Below are positions 26,746 to 41,155 of a stretch of 64,000 nt of DNA, in pieces; the first letter of the stretch is position 1; each line of letters starts with the position of its first letter. The notes below the pieces were generated by a model. The model had not been told where the DNA came from, made no database searches, and saw only the letters and a list, made by a program, of their open reading frames with translations. The position numbers and the translations under genes were made by a program. Origin of the DNA: Paramecium tetraurelia (Eukaryota); contig CT867997.1 in assembly GCA_000165425.1 (NCBI GenBank), forward strand, positions 62,001 to 126,000, in the 5' to 3' direction.

Positions 26746-27597
26746 TTATAATCTAAGCGTATAAAATACATAATCATTTTTATTTATGCTTAAAATTATA
26801 CAATTTCTGAATGATGAACAAAAATTTAATTTTTTTCCAGTATGGTTTATCAAATACTCAAAATAAAATTAGAATAGATGTAAAAACTAAAAAATAAATA
26901 ATTCTAAATCTCGTATCTAAAACCACGATGAAAAATTCCTTTCAAATATACTATGAAAAAAAATTAATGAACAAATTCAAGGAGATAAAACAAGTCCAAT
27001 TTTTCCTTTGAAAGAATAGTTAAATGGAATGTAATGCCAATTGACTTTCCTCTTGTTTCGTTTTCTTATGTAGATTTAGGCTTATTACAAACAAAGACAG
27101 CCAAAACTCCAAAAAAAATTAGAAATACACAATGCATTTTATTAACAACATAATTTAAAGGCTTGAATAAGAAGAAAACAAGGTTAATTGTCTATTGTCA
27201 TTAAGGCTTAAGGAATTTATTTATTGGTATCTTTAATATCTCACCTGAACTTAACAATTTTTCGACAAATTTCTCAATTTGAAATTTAGGTCCTCATAAC
27301 CAAAGCGAATTTTGCACAAATTTAATTAAATATTGTTTCTTCACCACCCATAGATTATTCCATTTCCACTTTCTTATAAATTAAGTTCTTCTATTAATAA
27401 AGTTAATTATCCATTAATTCTTTTGGCATGTTTGTAAGAACTCTTTTATATTCTTCCTACTTAAAGTCGCATAAGTATTAAGAACATCTTTTCTCATGTA
27501 TTTAATTTTCATGTTGATATCATAATCAGTAGAATTCAAATTTAAGTAATTTTTTAGCAGCTATTTAATAAAAGTCCATAATTTTTAATATTATATA

Positions 27598-27846
27598 TCA
27601 TTTTTGGGCTAATTCTTATTTCAATTAAATTGAAAACTCATCTGTCAGATCTTCATCATCCCAGTCCTCTCTCCATTATTTGATATCTATTTTCAAATCA
27701 TGATTCACTTCCAAATCTATCATTTATCATATTAAATAGCTACCCTCTTATTCAAATTCTTCGAAATCATCATCATCTTCATCAAAGATTTTTTGTATTT
27801 ATTATGGTTGTTATGCAGGCTTCTCTTCCTCTATTTTGTTAGACAT
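27598..27846 (-). CDS. SEM1: DSS1/SEM1 proteasome lid / TREX-2 subunit
   Basis: MSNKIEEEKPAQQPQQIQKIFDEDDDDFEEFEQEDL..QWREDWDDEDLTDEFSIQLKQELAQK*; one 27-nt intron. Confidence 0.92.
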
Positions 27847-28251
27847 TTATTTAAAAAAAATTAATTAAATATAATACTAATCAGGGAAAATAATAATTAT
27901 AATTAATTTCTTAAGAAGATTCAACAAACTTAACTATGCATTTATGAAATAACCTTCCTTTCATCTGGATTATCAAAAATAATTACTTAACACTATTTTC
28001 TTGAAAAAAATGAGTATATGAAATTTTGGATACACAGTTATACAAATCGATTTTATAAACCAATATAATAAAGATTTTCTACTTTCTTTTGTGTTTTTAT
28101 TGATTTAATAATCTGATAAGATTATAATTGTTTTCTTAAAATAAAAATAAAAATAAAAATAAAACTCGAAAAATAATTAGATCATTTAAAGTATTTTTAT
28201 TACAAGTAGATAATTAGATAATAATATTCTCATACAAATTCCAAATATATA

Positions 28252-30336
28252 TCAATCAAAATCTTTATAGTCTGGATCTCCTTTTTTATACTCATTAGAA
28301 AAATTAATTTGGCTATTTTATTTGCATGCTTAACTAGCCTCATTAATCTCCTTCAACAACTAAATTTATAACTAATTAATCTTACTTATTCCTCATTTAA
28401 CTCTTCTTCTTATTATATCTTCGATTGCTATTATTCAAGAGATTTTTTATGTTAATTATAGGACCTTTCTATCATGCCCCATAGCATCATAAACAGCATA
28501 CCACTAAACATCATAGCCATTTCTTGGCCAACAGATTTTCTTAATAACTCCTAAAGGTTTGCCCTAATAATGATAATTTTTATTACTATATAACTAGTTT
28601 GTAATCATCAAGACCATGGACTAATCCTTCTGAAACTTCATAAGCAGTTTCTCCAATCATTTTAAAGAATTGACTGACTATTGCATCACTAAACTTTTCA
28701 ACACTATTTGTATAGTCCTTTTCAATTATTAAGAAAAATTATTTAATATGTTTTACAAGAGCTTCAGAAGCTGTAATTCTTGGTTCAAATCCTTCGATTA
28801 ATAAATGCTAATCGCTTCCTTTAGGAACTACTGTAGATAAAAAGGAATTTGCTATTTTTTCTATTAATTCTATTCTTCCTTCATTTTTGCTTATTAAATT
28901 ATGTAAATTTTCTTTAATGCTTCCTTGTTATCCATCCAAAAATGAATAGTTGCCTGAGAACTATGCAGCCATTATATCCCCTATTTTAACTTAAGAAAAT
29001 ATTTATAAAATTTCTATTTCACCATCTTCCATTTGATTTGAATAATTTTACATCATAAGTTCGTGTAAAGTCATAGTTAATAAATTGGCTCCTCCTTGTT
29101 GACCTCCTAGCCCTAGATTTCCAAGTAAACCAGACATAATCGATTGTGCTTATTAAGGTACGTTCTGGGTACTCTATTGCTATTGGGGTTATTAATTTTG
29201 ACCTTAAGGTTAAGATTATTGCTCAGATCCAAATTATTGTTGTGGTTAAAATTAATTTTACTATTATTCTAAGTTAATTATGTTGCTAAATTATAAAAAG
29301 AATAATACTTCACTAAATTATTGATAGCATTTAAAGGATTGTTATTTTATTATTAATTTCCTGCTTAATTTGATTCTGATTCACTTCCTGCATCAATCTC
29401 TAAAACTTAAGCATCTATAATAATCTAATCCCCTTATTATTCAACCTGCATCTATGGTTAATTATTTTATTATAAATTTTGATTTTATGAAAATTAATTT
29501 AAAATCTATCCTAATGAGTTAAACAAATTTTATTAAGGTTATTGTTGTTGTTATTATGTTGATTATGATTAAGATTATTATGTTGATTATGATTACTAAG
29601 TCGATTATGGTTATTATTATTAGTTTGCCCGTTATTATTAAGCTTATTGATTTTATTATTATTATTATGGATTTCTGGCAATATGTTAATGTTATACATT
29701 GATAATTCCATGATGATGACGGTGGTGATGATTGTGGGCTATTAATTAGTTTGGTACCTATAATGAAAATTATCCTGGAGCAGATCCAAGATCTAAAAAT
29801 CGAAGCAAAGCAGAATATAAATCACTAGTCATTCTATTTATTGATTAGACAACTGATGCAGAGTCTCTACTTAATTGCATTGTCTCTTTTCTTTATGTTT
29901 CAGAAGTTAAAAATGGTTCCCTCATTAAAAGATCTGACACTCTTTACAAAATTGGTAAAGATCTTTAAAGAACATAGCACAATTAATGAATATAATGACC
30001 TAAGACTGTAATGTTATTTCTATGCTCTGTCATTTAGGGCAATTAAAATTATAATCCAAGTAATGAAGATTAATAAAAATTGCCCAGCACTCTACTTAGT
30101 GATTGAATGTGTTCTGTAGGAAGAAGGACTCCAACACCAGATTAGTCATTTGGCAATAAAGTTACTTATTATAATTATGGTTGGTTTTATTATTAAGGTA
30201 TTGGTTGTTATTATCTAGTAGGTGTAGATTAATTTGGTAAATTTTACTATTATTATTATCGCTATTATTATTATTACTATTATTATTATTATTGCTATTA
30301 TTATTATTATTGCTATTATTATTATTATTGCTACTA

Positions 30337-30380
<44 letters not shown>

Positions 30381-30956
30381 GCTACTATTGTTATTATTAT
30401 TAACCTTATTGAGTAGTTTAAGCCTATTATTATTGAGGTTACTATTGTTATTATGTCCTTATTATTGGAGATCCAAACATTGATAGAATATTTGCTAATT
30501 CTGGGGGCATAAATGTTTAGCCATCTAATGCAGAAATATAAAAAGAATTACCTCCTCCTCCTCCTATATGGATTTATGTAGTAGTTTGAATTCCAGGCAT
30601 AAATTAAAACCTCTATTGTTACTATTGATTTTAATTTTAATTTTATTATGGCTATTGAGTTTATTGTGGATGAGTAATCGCCATCAAATGAATTGTTTGA
30701 TCATCTTCCTTAACTAATTGTCTATTTATTCAATACTTATTTCATTTAATTTTTAATTATCAAGAAGTGCCTTTCCCAAAAAGATCAATCTTTATCTATC
30801 TATTGGAACTTAAGATTTCTCAAAAATTTCTTTTTTTAAGTCTGCTATCGTTATCTATGTTTATATTAGTTTGAATACATCTTGAGGTACTTCGAACTCA
30901 AAGACTTATTGAGATATTGTTTTGACTTTAATTTTTCTCTTCTAATTAATATCCAT
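28252..30956 (-). CDS. Ubiquitin-like-domain Q-rich protein, BAG6/Scythe-like
   Basis: N-terminal UBL domain (IKVKTISQQVFEFEVPQDITIADLKKEIFEKSQVPIDRQRLIFLGKALLDNQ..DQTIHLM), long polyQ/N tracts, helical middle region (LPILQRVSDLLMREP). Confidence 0.75.
30244..30402 (-). repeat. (TTA)n-type microsatellite encoding an about 50-residue polyQ tract
   Basis: The - strand reads TAA/TAG/CAA codons in frame with the UBL gene, with one CGA interruption. Confidence 0.9.
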
Positions 30957-31098
30957 ATTTCTTTATAATAATTTTAATAATAATAATATATATTACGATG
31001 TGCAATTAAAATTGGAAGAAAGGTGAAGTGTTGGTTGATATAAGTAAATGTTTGATCATATATAAATGCAACCTTTATCTTCATATAGAATTTCTCCA

Positions 31099-33841
31099 TC
31101 ATAAAAATTTATTCTTTGGAATTTATGATCTTGGCTGTTGTTTCTCAAATGAAATGTCTTCTCTCTGAGTATTTGAAAGTAGGTTCTTGTATTATTATTG
31201 ATTGAAAAATTTTGCTACATATCTCTAGTAATATCTTGGATTATTTATTTCTTATAACGGCAAAATCAAAGACGCCATCTATTTGTTCACAGGATGGATG
31301 CTCATTTTATGATGATGATCATGCCTATTGTTCCAATTTTAAATATCTGATTAAGGAGTTCGTATGGGTAACTTTCTATAAGTTGTTCCAATCATGCATT
31401 CTGATGGATCTACAAAATCATTAACTTATTTTTTCAACTCTTTTGAATTAAGTTAAAAATAAGATAGGTTGGGCAGCTTTTCCCTTGTCAATTACAAAGG
31501 ATAATACCAATATAAACTATTTTCAGAAGGTTAAATTTAGTTCAGCTTTTATGATAAATCACTTGTCATGTGCTAACTCAATTTTTCTGGGATACCATTC
31601 AATACTATCTTAGAATTTATTGGAATTAGATCAAAAGATCTCATAAAATTTTGACAATTTTCCTCATTCTGTAGAACAATACATAAAAATATGCAAGAGA
31701 CTTTTCGAAGAAAAATGTTTTTTTTTCATTCAAATTCTTCAATATTTTTTCTAAGTCTTCTTAATTGAAGGATTCAAAAATCTAACGTTTAATAGTAGGG
31801 TTATTAGTCATGTATTCAATCAATCTAAGCATTGACTCAATCAAAGAGTCCACATCTTATTCGGAATGCTTTTTTAATTAAGCATGAGAAATACAATTTT
31901 AATTTATATAAGGAAATTTATAAATTGTGAACCACGTTGTTTAAAACAAATTTAAAGAGTAATATGATTTTGTTGATGCTTTTAATTTCATTTCAATCAA
32001 TACTAAAATTTAAATTTCTTGAATTTATCTTGGGTAGTCTTTTGGAAGCAGAATTACACCTTTAAGCTTAGTAAATATTATTATTCTGTCTTTAGCCAAG
32101 TAGGTCGACCCCTAAGATGCCTTGAATTTTCTTGACTTTTTATTGTAAAGAAAATAAATCTTGCTATGGTCTTATATCCAACAATTAGGCTAATATTAAT
32201 CAATAATTCTACTCTTTCCGACTACTAATAATGGGTGATGATTTGTTTCTTATAACTTTTAATCACTAAATATTTCTTCCCCAATTTTAGCAGCTTAAAT
32301 AGGTTTTTCTAGAGTGATTAAAGGGCTTTTATCTTAATTTTTATGAATTTCCCCTTTATTTCTCTCCACAGAGGACACCAATGTTCTTTAGTCCTTCAGA
32401 TCCATTTTATCACTTGCTACTTTTTCAACTCTTTCAGGACTTTTATTTGGAGATACATGTATTTTTTTTGTTGATTAGCATTGTTCTACAAGGAGGACAA
32501 CTTAAGAACATGATTATGAATGCCTTGTAGAATCTTGAATAGTTTAGAGTTATTCATTTTCATCTGTTCTGATTGATTTATGTATTTGTGAGTATATTTA
32601 TGAAATATATCTAAATAAATTTTCAATAACTAATAACTAATCCTTTACACTTTATTTCGAGTTGTATTAAGGCATTCCATCCTTTTTTTGATACAGCCTT
32701 TAATGAACTTATTAGCTCTTTAAGAAATTATTTAATTTTTCTTTTGTTTAGTTACAAATTTCTGATTATTTATTTAGCTCTTAATCTAAGGAGATTGTTT
32801 TCTCTTAAAGAGTTTTAAATTTAGTTTCAAACTAGTTTGTTAATTTTTCCATCAATTCTTAATCTTCTTATTTGCATAGAGAATATACTTTTTATTCTGA
32901 ACTATCCAAACAAAATTGTATATAATGATTCATTTGATCCACCTTAGTTTGAATTTAGTTTGTGATGATACTTTGTTTTTCTATTATATTTTAAAACTCA
33001 AGCTAAATTTTTTATTCTAATTAATCAAATTATTATTTTATTTGTGAACTTTGATTGAGCATGCTATAATAATTTGGAATTGATACCCCTTAGTTTGGAT
33101 TGTGATTGTTTCCTTAAAAATTTGGTTTTTTTAAGAAATGTCGTTTATCTATTATGTAAACTCCTTTTCAAATTCTATGGTTGAATTTTTGGTTAATGTA
33201 ATGGCACTTTAGAGTTCTTCAACTACTCTTTCTGATTTTCTCAAATAAGTGGAAAAGTTTTATATCTGATAATATTATTATTAAATCTTTTCGTCAGTCC
33301 ATTTTTACATTTCCTCAACTTTCTATTTTAATAGATCATCAATTAACTTAATAGCTTTATCGATTAATGTTTGCTGAAGTAATTGATTATTCATAAGATT
33401 ATTTTAGATAGTACTAACTATAAACTTGTCGTTGGCCTTTAATTCAAATTTTTTATCCAATTTATCTACCTACTAATCAAGCTGCACAAATTTATTGAAC
33501 ATCTCTTCTCTTTTTTTTATTTCTTCTTCGTGTTACGTTAATTTTTACTCTTCAATTTCTTTTATTTTATTTATTAGACTTGCTTCATGTTCCAAAAAAA
33601 TTTTTTCTACTCTCTGATTCAATTTCTCTTGAATAACATTTAAGCTCTAACTATAGAATCATTTATATACGGAAGCATGCTGATTTTATTAATTGATGAT
33701 CTGATTAATCCTTTCATTTAAGGCTGCTATTTCATCTTATGATTAAAGCATATATAAATTGGTATTGGTTGACAATTACTTTAAATCAGTCTAAAGATTA
33801 TTAATTCTAATTTCTTGAGAGGTATTTTAAATAATACTCAT
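31099..33841 (-). CDS. Large hypothetical coiled-coil protein
   Basis: MSIIQNTSQEIRINNLQTDLKQL... with short introns, ending ...IPKNKFL* at 31099; could be two adjacent genes. Confidence 0.55.
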
Positions 33842-34262
33842 ATATATATCAAAATTATTAATGAATTATAAAGCTAATTTAGTTATATTTTAAATAAATC
33901 AGAAACTGTTATTAGAAAAAGCCAAATATTAATTAGATATTTAGAAGAGCTTATATTCTTAGCCATAATAATACATTAATCCTATTATTAAATCCTTAAG
34001 ACTAATTCTAATTAATATTTTGTAAAAATATAACTTAGAAATGGGGAAAGATATGATCAATAAACGATTGAATGGTAAGTATAATTTGAGAATATCATTT
34101 AAGAGTCTGAGGATAGGATAAGTGATTTAAAGAAATTTCATCCTTTCTATTTTTGCTTCTAAAAATACAAGAAGTTATTTATAGAATTTTTAGTGGTGGA
34201 AGTTGCTGGAATATTAATTGAGAAAATATTATGTTTATAATTTGGTAAAATATAATCTATAA

Positions 34263-34778
34263 TCATTTATTCTTGTATTGGCTATTAGTTTTAAGTTACT
34301 TTTTGTCAAAAGTATTAATTGAAATTGATCCTGATTGGCCCAATTAAATTGAAACATTCGAATCTTCTTTCAGGTTTTTGTATTTTCCTGATGATATATT
34401 TTGTTCTCTACTGGAGTTTCTTAATTGATAATTATTGTTTTTATTATTATTTTCATCATTTTTAAAATTAGATACATTAATAGTTTAAATAGCATAAGTT
34501 TTTTTTATCCAAGGTTTAGATTAAGTGCTATCGATCTCTTCTGACTATTGAGCCATATATGAAAACTACTAAACATTTTATATATTGTTTAAAGATTCTA
34601 AAATTTCAGTTTATGGAGATTCCTCCTTCTCAATTTATTCATCAAACATCAAAACACTTACGATTGGAGTTGGTTTGAATAAATGCGGAGGTCCATTTAA
34701 TTTGTATTGTTTGCTACATCTCAGTTTGAGTTCATTGGTTGATTTTTAAGAATCTTAAAAGCACAAAGATGATCCCAT
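34263..34778 (-). CDS. Small hypothetical protein with possible N-myristoylation/palmitoylation motif
   Basis: Intronless code-6 ORF MGSSLCFQDSQKSTNELK...KNK*. Confidence 0.65.
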
Positions 34779-35152
34779 TTTGGTAAACTTTATTAAATTA
34801 ATATAAAAATCCCATATTACAAATATTTCATCTATGGAATAAATATATGGGGCAAAGAATGAAAAGATGAATATTCTTTTTTATTCTTTATAACAACATT
34901 AAAATATATTATTATGGATGAAGTAGATAATATTATATTTTATATGCTAAATGAATTGATACCCTTATAATATAGAAAGAACCCAAAAAAGGGAGGAATT
35001 TAATAATATTAATAAAAACAGTAGTTGAGATTATAGGATATTGATAATTTAAATTATCACCTAAAATCCAAACTTTATGTATATGTTCTAAAAATAACAC
35101 AACCATAATTAAGAATTTTATATTACATTAATCAATACTAGAGTTAAGTTTA

Positions 35153-36295
35153 TCAAACATAAAATAGTTATTGTTTATCTATGAAAACAGCTCCAACATT
35201 ATTTGAAAATCTATTATCGATTCCATCTAGTCCTTGTCCCCAATCATATCCAGTGGCATAGGCTAAGAAGTAGCCATCTGGAGACACTTGACTTGCAATA
35301 ACAGGAGCATCAAATGGTATAGTTGTGATTTTGTTTTTCTTTTTTAAATCCCAAAATATTATAGTGCTATCTGATGAACTTGTGCTAACCCAATCGTATG
35401 ATCTGCAATTAAATTGAAGTGAATTAACAACATAATATGTATTAATCTTTTCTGATTTAAACGAATTCTTTGAATCCTCTTCTCTTTTGTGACATTTATA
35501 TACAATTCTATTTTGCCCCTCTAATCTGTCATTCATTTCCATCACTGCTCCTCTTCCATCCACTGAACAATATCCCATTTACTTTGAATTATGGGAAATT
35601 GATAAAGTGCTAATTTATGATCTATTTCCTAGCTTGGAATCTTCAATCTCAAAAATATTCCTGGCAACAGTGCTATTTAAGTTGCCTCTGATTTTATCCC
35701 ATGAAAACCACTTAATTTTGCAATCTACATCAGCATATGCAAACATCCTTTCATTTTAATCTTGTTCACCTACAGTTGGTATGCTAGTCAAATTTAATTC
35801 ATAAACTGGAGATGGCTTCATTCCCATAGTGTTCTATTTAAGTGACCATAATCTTAGCTTCTTGTCAAAGCCCAAAGAGACCAAAACTTACAATTCATCA
35901 TTCCAAAAAACTTATCTTGCTGGGCAATCATCATGATAACCCAAAACGATATTCTGTCCTGTTTTAATATCATAAGCCCTAACTGTATTATCTGCCAAAG
36001 CCGCAAATATCATTGACATATCTCTCTTCCAACTAATAGAAAGCACTCTAAGAATATAAATATTATATTACGGTTCTTGACAATCTATGACGCTTTTAAA
36101 GTCAAGAGCTATTTGTGTTTAGATCCCAGTTTGTGAAAGGATTTAATAAAAGCGGATATAGCCATCCCAAGCTCCTGTAGCAAATATATCATTATTTCCA
36201 AATCTAATTTCTGAGACTGAGTCCATTAAATTATCATTTGTTATTCTTGGTGTCTAGTTATGATGAAATATGGATACTTATGTTGTATGCATCAT
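35153..36295 (-). CDS. RAE1: RAE1/Gle2 (Bub3-family) WD40 protein
   Basis: DSVSEIRF..FATGAWDGYIRFY..CSVDGRGAV..YKCHK..YVVNSL..SSDSTIIFWD..FLAYATGYDWGQG. Confidence 0.82.
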
Positions 36296-36392
36296 TATCC
36301 AGATAAATTGTACTTAAATTATAGTAATAAATATAAATTGTAATTGAAATAAAAAGAACTTTTTTTAATATGGTAAAAATTCAGTCTAAAAA

Positions 36393-38117
36393 TCATAATT
36401 TTTATTCATCATCAACTTCATCGATTGCTTGTTATTATTAATTATATTTTGAAAAAGTAAAAGTTTTCTTTATAGCAGCATCTTGGATGACCTTGGGACT
36501 ATTGCAGAAATTCATTCCCCCAGAATCAGGCGATTGTGTATCAGGAGTTAGATGTTCAAACTCTTAGGTAGAGAACTTCTTTAAGGCACTTTTTTTAGGC
36601 ATTTCCTTAGGAGAGCCTTCAGCTAAAGCTAGATTTTTGATTTTTGCTTATTGAACAAACCTAGGACTATTGATGGGCAGTATTTAAATCGCGGCTTTTT
36701 CATCTTCAATGCCAATATCGTCTTCATCTTAATTCTTTACATCTTGATTTATTTCAGGTAATTATAAACGATCCGAGCTTTACTGCTTAAATGTTAACGT
36801 TTGCCAAGGCTTAGAATTATTGCTTAAGGTCTTTTTTTAGGATTAGAATTTTATTTTTCTATCTTAATATGGTTCTGTAAAAAATGGATGTTCCAATGCT
36901 TCTTGTGCAGTAATACGATTTTTTGGATCAATTTAAAGCATCTAAAAGATTAAATCTGTAGCTGATTAAGATGTTTAGTAGATGCTCAATGAATCTAAAT
37001 TTATCACACACTTTTTATTTAGTTTTAAGATTTCATGATAGTCATTCCCAGGAAATAAATCTTTGGAAGTGATTCTAATTGAATTATTAGAATATTTACA
37101 ATTTATAAAAAATGCAACCTACACTAAAAATGTCACAAATTTTATCATATTTCTTTGAAAGGTCTTTCAAATTTGCTATTTCAGGTGCCACGTATCCTGG
37201 AGTACCACATTTTGGAAATGGATAACTGGCTACAGTTGTACTTGTTGCCAATCCAAAATCTACAATTCTTAATCCACTTATATCATTTAAATTCTTAAAC
37301 ATGATATTTTCAGGCTTCAAATCTCGATGCATAATATTTTAGGAATGCATGTGTACTACTGCTGTTAATAAGGACTTGAATTACATGTAAGTATTACCCT
37401 CATTATGGATTTTATCTCACTCCATCCTAATTATAAAATTCCTTTATTGATCATCTCATGAAGTGAAGCACCTTTTAAGTATTCCAAAATAATATAAAAT
37501 GTGTTCTCTCCTTCATAAACATCTTCCAATTTCACGATATTTTCATGGTTTAATGTTGCCATCAAATTAATTTCATTAAATAGTGCTTCCTAAACTCATT
37601 TATATATTTACAAATCCTCCATCCTCTTTCAAATATCTTTTTTCCACGTTTTTTGAAGCATATTGTAAATTAGTACATTTCTCTGTCACTAAGTATACCT
37701 ATAACTTAAAAGAATAATTACTCTTGAAGAACCTCCTCTTCCTAACTATTTGATAGGTATGTAGTAGTCACTCACATCACGATACATCACTTTATTTCTT
37801 AGCAACATTTTTAGCTACTTTAAACTTTCACAATCACCATTAAAATATTTCACCTCTCCTTTATATTCCAATCCTATTTAGTGATAAATTTATTTCTCCT
37901 ATTGCCAATACACTTTTGTATCAAGATTTATCTTAAAAATATATTTCGGTTATTATGAATTTTGTTCCTTGAAAATAAATTTATCTTTTACTTAACTCAA
38001 AATTAGATAGTCTTTAAATAAGAACAAAAAGTAGGTGATATCTTTTAAGAGATGTTTTCTTATGCAGGTCATTTTAAAAATTGATTTCTCATACTCGAAT
38101 TAATGGAGTTGATTCAT
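36393..38117 (-). CDS. CAMK-group Ser/Thr kinase with PH-like N-terminus
   Basis: GRGGSS glycine loop, HRDLKPENIMFK, IVDFGLA, CGTPGYVAPE, CDIFSVGCIF; several short introns. Confidence 0.92.
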
Positions 38118-39003
38118 TATTACTGCAAATTTATATTAATTTAAACACAAATTAAATTTATAATTAATTAAAATCACCACCTAATATTAAGTATTAAGAA
38201 GAAATAATTTTAATAAAATAAAACATCGTTAATTCAAAGATTTAGAAATTATTAATACACTTAATTGATAATATAATTATGTTGATACAAATTTTTTATC
38301 CTATGTTAGAAAAATATCTATGCCTTAAGTAGGATTAGAAGCACATGCTATTATCTCTAGAATGTCTTATAACCTAATTTTTTAAGTCACAACTCTTTTC
38401 TATTGCTTGATTTCTCTAAATTATTCATTGGATTAAATTTAATTATATAATTAATATAATTGTGATTTTTTAAATTCTTAAAGCAATAAATAATTATAAT
38501 AGGTTTGAAATTCTTTTTTACTTAATCTCTAAAGTAAACTTTTATACTATTTATAAAATTAATTAAGGGAATTAAGTGAATAAGCTGAAGCCTTTAACAA
38601 TAACTAAGTAACTTAGGAAGATTTGATCTATATATAATAATAATTATAATTATTAAAAGACTACCAAATTTTCTATTTTATAATTTAAAGAAGTAGTAAC
38701 ATAATTTAAATATAAATCAAATTTAGTATGTTCATAATGTATTTAAATAATAAAGAGTAGGTAGATTCAATAAAAATTAGAATAAAAAGGAAAAAGTACT
38801 ATAGAAAGTGAGCCAAGATGAACATTAAGATAGTAAAAGTAAGAGAACTTGAGATCTAGATAGATGTATAAATAACTTTGAGAAAAAAATAAATAGGTGA
38901 ATAAATTAGACAAGAAGATATAACTCCTAAATTTAATAAAAATATGCATTAGAACAAATTAAGTGCTATTTCACATCACTATTATGTGTATTGTTGATCC
39001 ATA

Positions 39004-40730
39004 TCATATCCCTCCCGATTTCCACTTTCTCCAAACCCTTATATGTCATTTCGCAGACCATTTTACTTTAATTTGTATCTTGTATATAAGTAAGCTAATG
39101 AAATAGATAATATTATTAAAAGCACTATAAATCCCATAACGATAGAAGCCAAGGATTCTGTATCATAAATGATGCCATCACCATTAGTTATTTTAATATT
39201 AAATTCATCTACATATTGGCATAAGATTAATTAAGGAGGAATTCCTGTTAGTTTTTCTTTTTATGGGCAGTGAGTTGCATTAATAGTTAATTTATAATCG
39301 AATGTTCTTCCTACAGTTCTATTGCTTCTTGGATTGCATCTAATGTATGGATTTTCAACAATGTATGGCATGTAAACTATTGATTAAGAAGTAATGCCAA
39401 CTAAGAACGAGTTTGTAATATTATAATTAAAGTTATTGCTGGAATTCAGTGCTCCTTTATCAACATCATAGAAATCCATAGTTATGAGACTTGGTATAAA
39501 GACATATTCTTCATAGAAGGAATTCTATCTCTCTTAATTTAGATTATCCTTTTAAGTGAAAACAAAATTGGGTTCAAATTTCTCATAAATACCTGTTCTA
39601 ATTATTCTGTGTTCATCTTTTCCTCTCAAAATGGTAAATTCAGGTAGAATGTCAATTTCTGAATATTTACCAGTCAAATAATGAACTTTCACTTTAAACC
39701 AACCATTTTAATGAAGGCCCACTTCAACTAAAGTATTAATAACTCCTATTTCCTGTAATACTAAAATATAACTATTATTGTGTTCTGCTAAGGTTTTTCC
39801 ATTAGAAATAGTAATAATACCTAATTAAGGATCTAATTAAGCATAAAAGCTAGAGGAATTAGACGAAACTATAAATCTTATGATTCCACGTTATTCATCA
39901 AGGATGTACATATATTTTTCATTTTCTGTTCCTCCAAATACTAAATCAACTATCTTAATTTTTCTAGAATTATTGTAGAAAGTTTTTGAGTTCATATTCC
40001 CAATGAAAGACCAATCTCCATTTTCTTAATATTGATAAATATCTAATCCATCCACGCCTACTGGAATAAAGATATGCCAACCAAATACTTTTATCTGGCC
40101 CAAATAATAAGTCTCATAGTCAAATCTTTCATTAGTGATGTTTCTAAGAGCAAATGAGCTTAAATTATCATAATTCACTTTGCCTCCAAGGATTTAATTT
40201 GCATATATTAAATAAATGTATTGTGTTTAATCTGCATATATAATTTAGGGAGGTTCTATTATTTTTGCCTCTTGACGCAGATGATGATAAGAATAGTTCG
40301 TTTCCAATTGAATATTGTGACCTATGATGTTTGATGAGTTATTATTAACTCTATAGAGTAATATTTAATTATTGCTTGTAACGATGGCAAAAGCTTTTTT
40401 TATGTGCACCATATTCAACAAAACAGGAATATTTAGCAATAATTCTGGATCATTAGTTTCTAAGTTAGGTAGGTCAAATATTTTTTAACTATATACTTAA
40501 TAATCTCCAAATTATATTGATCCTTATTTAACATAACAAATGCTTCCCTTTTATTTTGATTCCAAATTAGCATCAATAACATACTTAGCTTAAGGATAAT
40601 CTCTAATATTTAATTATTCTGTCACAACAATGTCAACTTATTCCGATTCAGATATTTTATTGAATAGAACATGAGTGGTAAGATTAGTAAGTTATTTAGC
40701 TAAAACAGTTTATAACAAAAAAAATATCAT
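39004..40730 (-). CDS. Hypothetical type I membrane protein
   Basis: Signal-like MIFFLLQTVLA, long ectodomain, TM segment SLASIVMGFIVLLIILSISLAYLY followed by basic residues, TGA at 39004-39006. Confidence 0.75.
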
Positions 40731-41155
40731 TATTTTTATTAATTCAAATTTTATTAGTCTTCATTTGTTAAGTGCACACAATCTCATTAGACAACTGCAA
40801 ATATTAAATACCATTTGGTTAAAATAAGAGTATTGATCTGTTTATTTTAATTTTACAATGCTAGAAATCTCAAAATCAAAAATGGCATCAGTATGAATGA
40901 TTGATTATTGATAAATTTTCTATTTTTAGAAATACAAAAAATGAAGTCAGAGGCCTAAATGAAATTTCAAAGAATTTCATCTCTTTGATTAACTTGATTA
41001 CATAAGGACAAAAGAGTGAAAATCTTTACAAGATATTATATTTTATTAATAAATTTAGAGTAAATCTTAGAGTACTCTCATTCTAGATTTGCACTCTAAG
41101 AGTAGTTTATTTTTATATATATAATTATAATATAAATTGTAATTATAATATTTAT

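Noticed and set aside
30234..30483. Supplied poly-Ile and poly-Leu ORFs on the + strand
   Set aside because: They are antisense shadows of the TAA/TAG-encoded polyQ tract of the minus-strand UBL gene
33862..34322. Open + strand code-6 frame MNYKANLVIFQ...
   Set aside because: No recognisable motif, it overlaps the end of the convergent gene, and long open frames arise easily with a single stop codon
38280..38950. Gln-rich + strand coding-like fragments
   Set aside because: I could not build a consistent gene model; it may be a relic but is unsupported
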